A stretch of DNA of 63,942 nucleotides, counting the filler, from Reticulomyxa filosa (taxonomy: Eukaryota > Protista > Foraminifera): assembly GCA_000512085.1 (NCBI GenBank). It is 27 parts of 27 records of this genome, joined end to end, with 100 filler letters (N's around TTAATTAATTAA, not from the genome) between each part and the next. Parts side by side here need not be neighbours in the genome. Positions count along the whole stretch, not along the records: positions 62,416 to 63,942 come from ASPP01008485.1; 26 more parts are not named here. One strand, written 5' to 3'. The notes under the pieces were generated by a model. The model did not search any database and was not told the origin of the DNA. It saw only the letters and a list, made by a program, of their open reading frames with translations. The translations under genes were made by a program, and so were the position numbers. Positions 62,786-63,942 of the stretch are shown here, piece after piece. The first letter of the stretch is position 1; the number at the start of each line of letters is the position of its first letter.

Positions 62786-63942
62786 GCATGAATCCACAGT
62801 TGCTGTTTGACTTGAATAATGAAACCAATGTCAATATTTTTCAAAGTGTCCAAAAGAACATACACCAACTGGCCAACTCCACAACAACAACAACAACAAC
62901 AACAACAATAACAACAACAACGACAAGATCAAAATCGATAGAAGAATTGACTTTGCATGACCTAGTGAAAACAACCAATACAAGACCTATTGTTTTGTTG
63001 TCGTTGTATTGTTTGTTGAAAAAAAAGTGGGAGCAATCCAACTGCCGTCAGTCATCGTTGCTTATTCTAAACGAGGGTTTCTATCATTTCTTGCGTCAAT
63101 TGTTAGAATTGGCATTGGATTGTGGTTATGTCACATTTTTTTTTTTTTTTATATTATACAATATATACATATATGTATATAAGTGTATGTATACAAATGT
63201 ACATATTTGTGTACTTATGATGTGAAAAGATCAAGCCCAAATTAGTTCCATTGACTTGTCTAAACGAGATTCCATTAATTTGCCTTTTGACTCGATGAAT
63301 CTTTATTTGGTCTTGTGTGTGGCAACCATTTGCTATCGTCAGAGTACTGATGCCAACTCTGGAATTGTTTGCGCTTATGTTTCGTCCTTTTTTGTATTTT
63401 GTTTTATTTTCTTCATTGCAACAAACAAACAAACATTCAACAAAAAAAAAAAAAAACAAAAACAAAGAATGAATTGAAAATAAACGAAATATGGAAATCT
63501 TCAGCCATGTTGAAACACTTGTTCATTAATACCTTGCGCTGCTTTCGTGGACATCCGTTGTCCTCATCGCTGTCATGCTTAGCTTTGCCGCGCAATTTCT
63601 ACGACCATCGTCGCTTTATTGAGCTTTTACGCATTTTTTGTTTCGTGATTGTGTGTCCATCTTTCAACTTTATTGCTTTTTGTTCAACTGTTTTCAATTT
63701 ATCACAAAATTTATCAAAAAAAAAAAAAAAAAAAAGTAGTCGTTTGGAGCAATGTTTCGTTTGTCATCACATGTGGATGTAATCCCTTGGAACCTGGATT
63801 TTGAGATCACAAATGAAATGAACAAACTCTCACAAGTCAAACAACGGGTGGGCAATTATTTTCATCAATTGTTGCAATCGTTACGACGGACTGCGGAATT
63901 GTATTTAGATAGCTCAATAATGAATAATAATAATAATAATAA
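62416..63942 (+). CDS. Hypothetical multi-exon protein, internal fragment
   Basis: Coding-like blocks at ~62460..63123, ~63230..63378, ~63480..63645 and 63740..end are separated by T-rich/A-rich intron-like stretches. Contains poly-S and poly-T tracts. Confidence 0.55.

Noticed and set aside
1-63942. tRNA, rRNA or CRISPR arrays
   Set aside because: None recognised by eye. A covariance-model scan (tRNAscan-SE, Infernal) would be needed to exclude small RNAs.

Overview
This is not one continuous locus. It is 27 short, AT-rich eukaryotic contigs joined by an artificial 100-bp linker (N44-TTAATTAATTAA-N44), so adjacency only means something within a contig. The intron style, the low-complexity N/D/T tracts, the expanded TPR, HEAT-like, kelch-like and NACHT families, and the frequent homopolymer frameshifts fit a fragmented protist draft assembly. 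My best guess, by inference only, is the foraminiferan Reticulomyxa filosa. Recognisable housekeeping genes are TFIIIC Tfc4/GTF3C3, TCF25/Rqc1, Dbp5/DDX19, Vac14, NSA2, a Yhm2-like mitochondrial carrier, a DUF1308 protein, a MacroD-type macrodomain and a CD36/LIMP protein. The main finding is a spliced NLR-like gene at 41883..>44293. It has a CUE/UBA-like helix bundle, a four-Cys Zn domain, a RelA/SpoT (small alarmone synthetase-like) nucleotidyltransferase domain and a NACHT NTPase, and it sits head-to-head with a PH-domain kinase whose Gly-loop is degenerate. It is a candidate nucleotide-signalling or toxic-effector immune receptor in a protist. Other notable items are an intron-containing MmpL/RND transporter, a three-exon CaaX/PP1-docking microprotein missed by the ORF track, a bacterial contig where an IS231-type element has inserted into an IS256 terminal repeat, a four-copy TG..CA solo-LTR-like family, Tc1 and LINE relics, an actin pseudogene, and T(n)/A(n) foldback tracts in introns.
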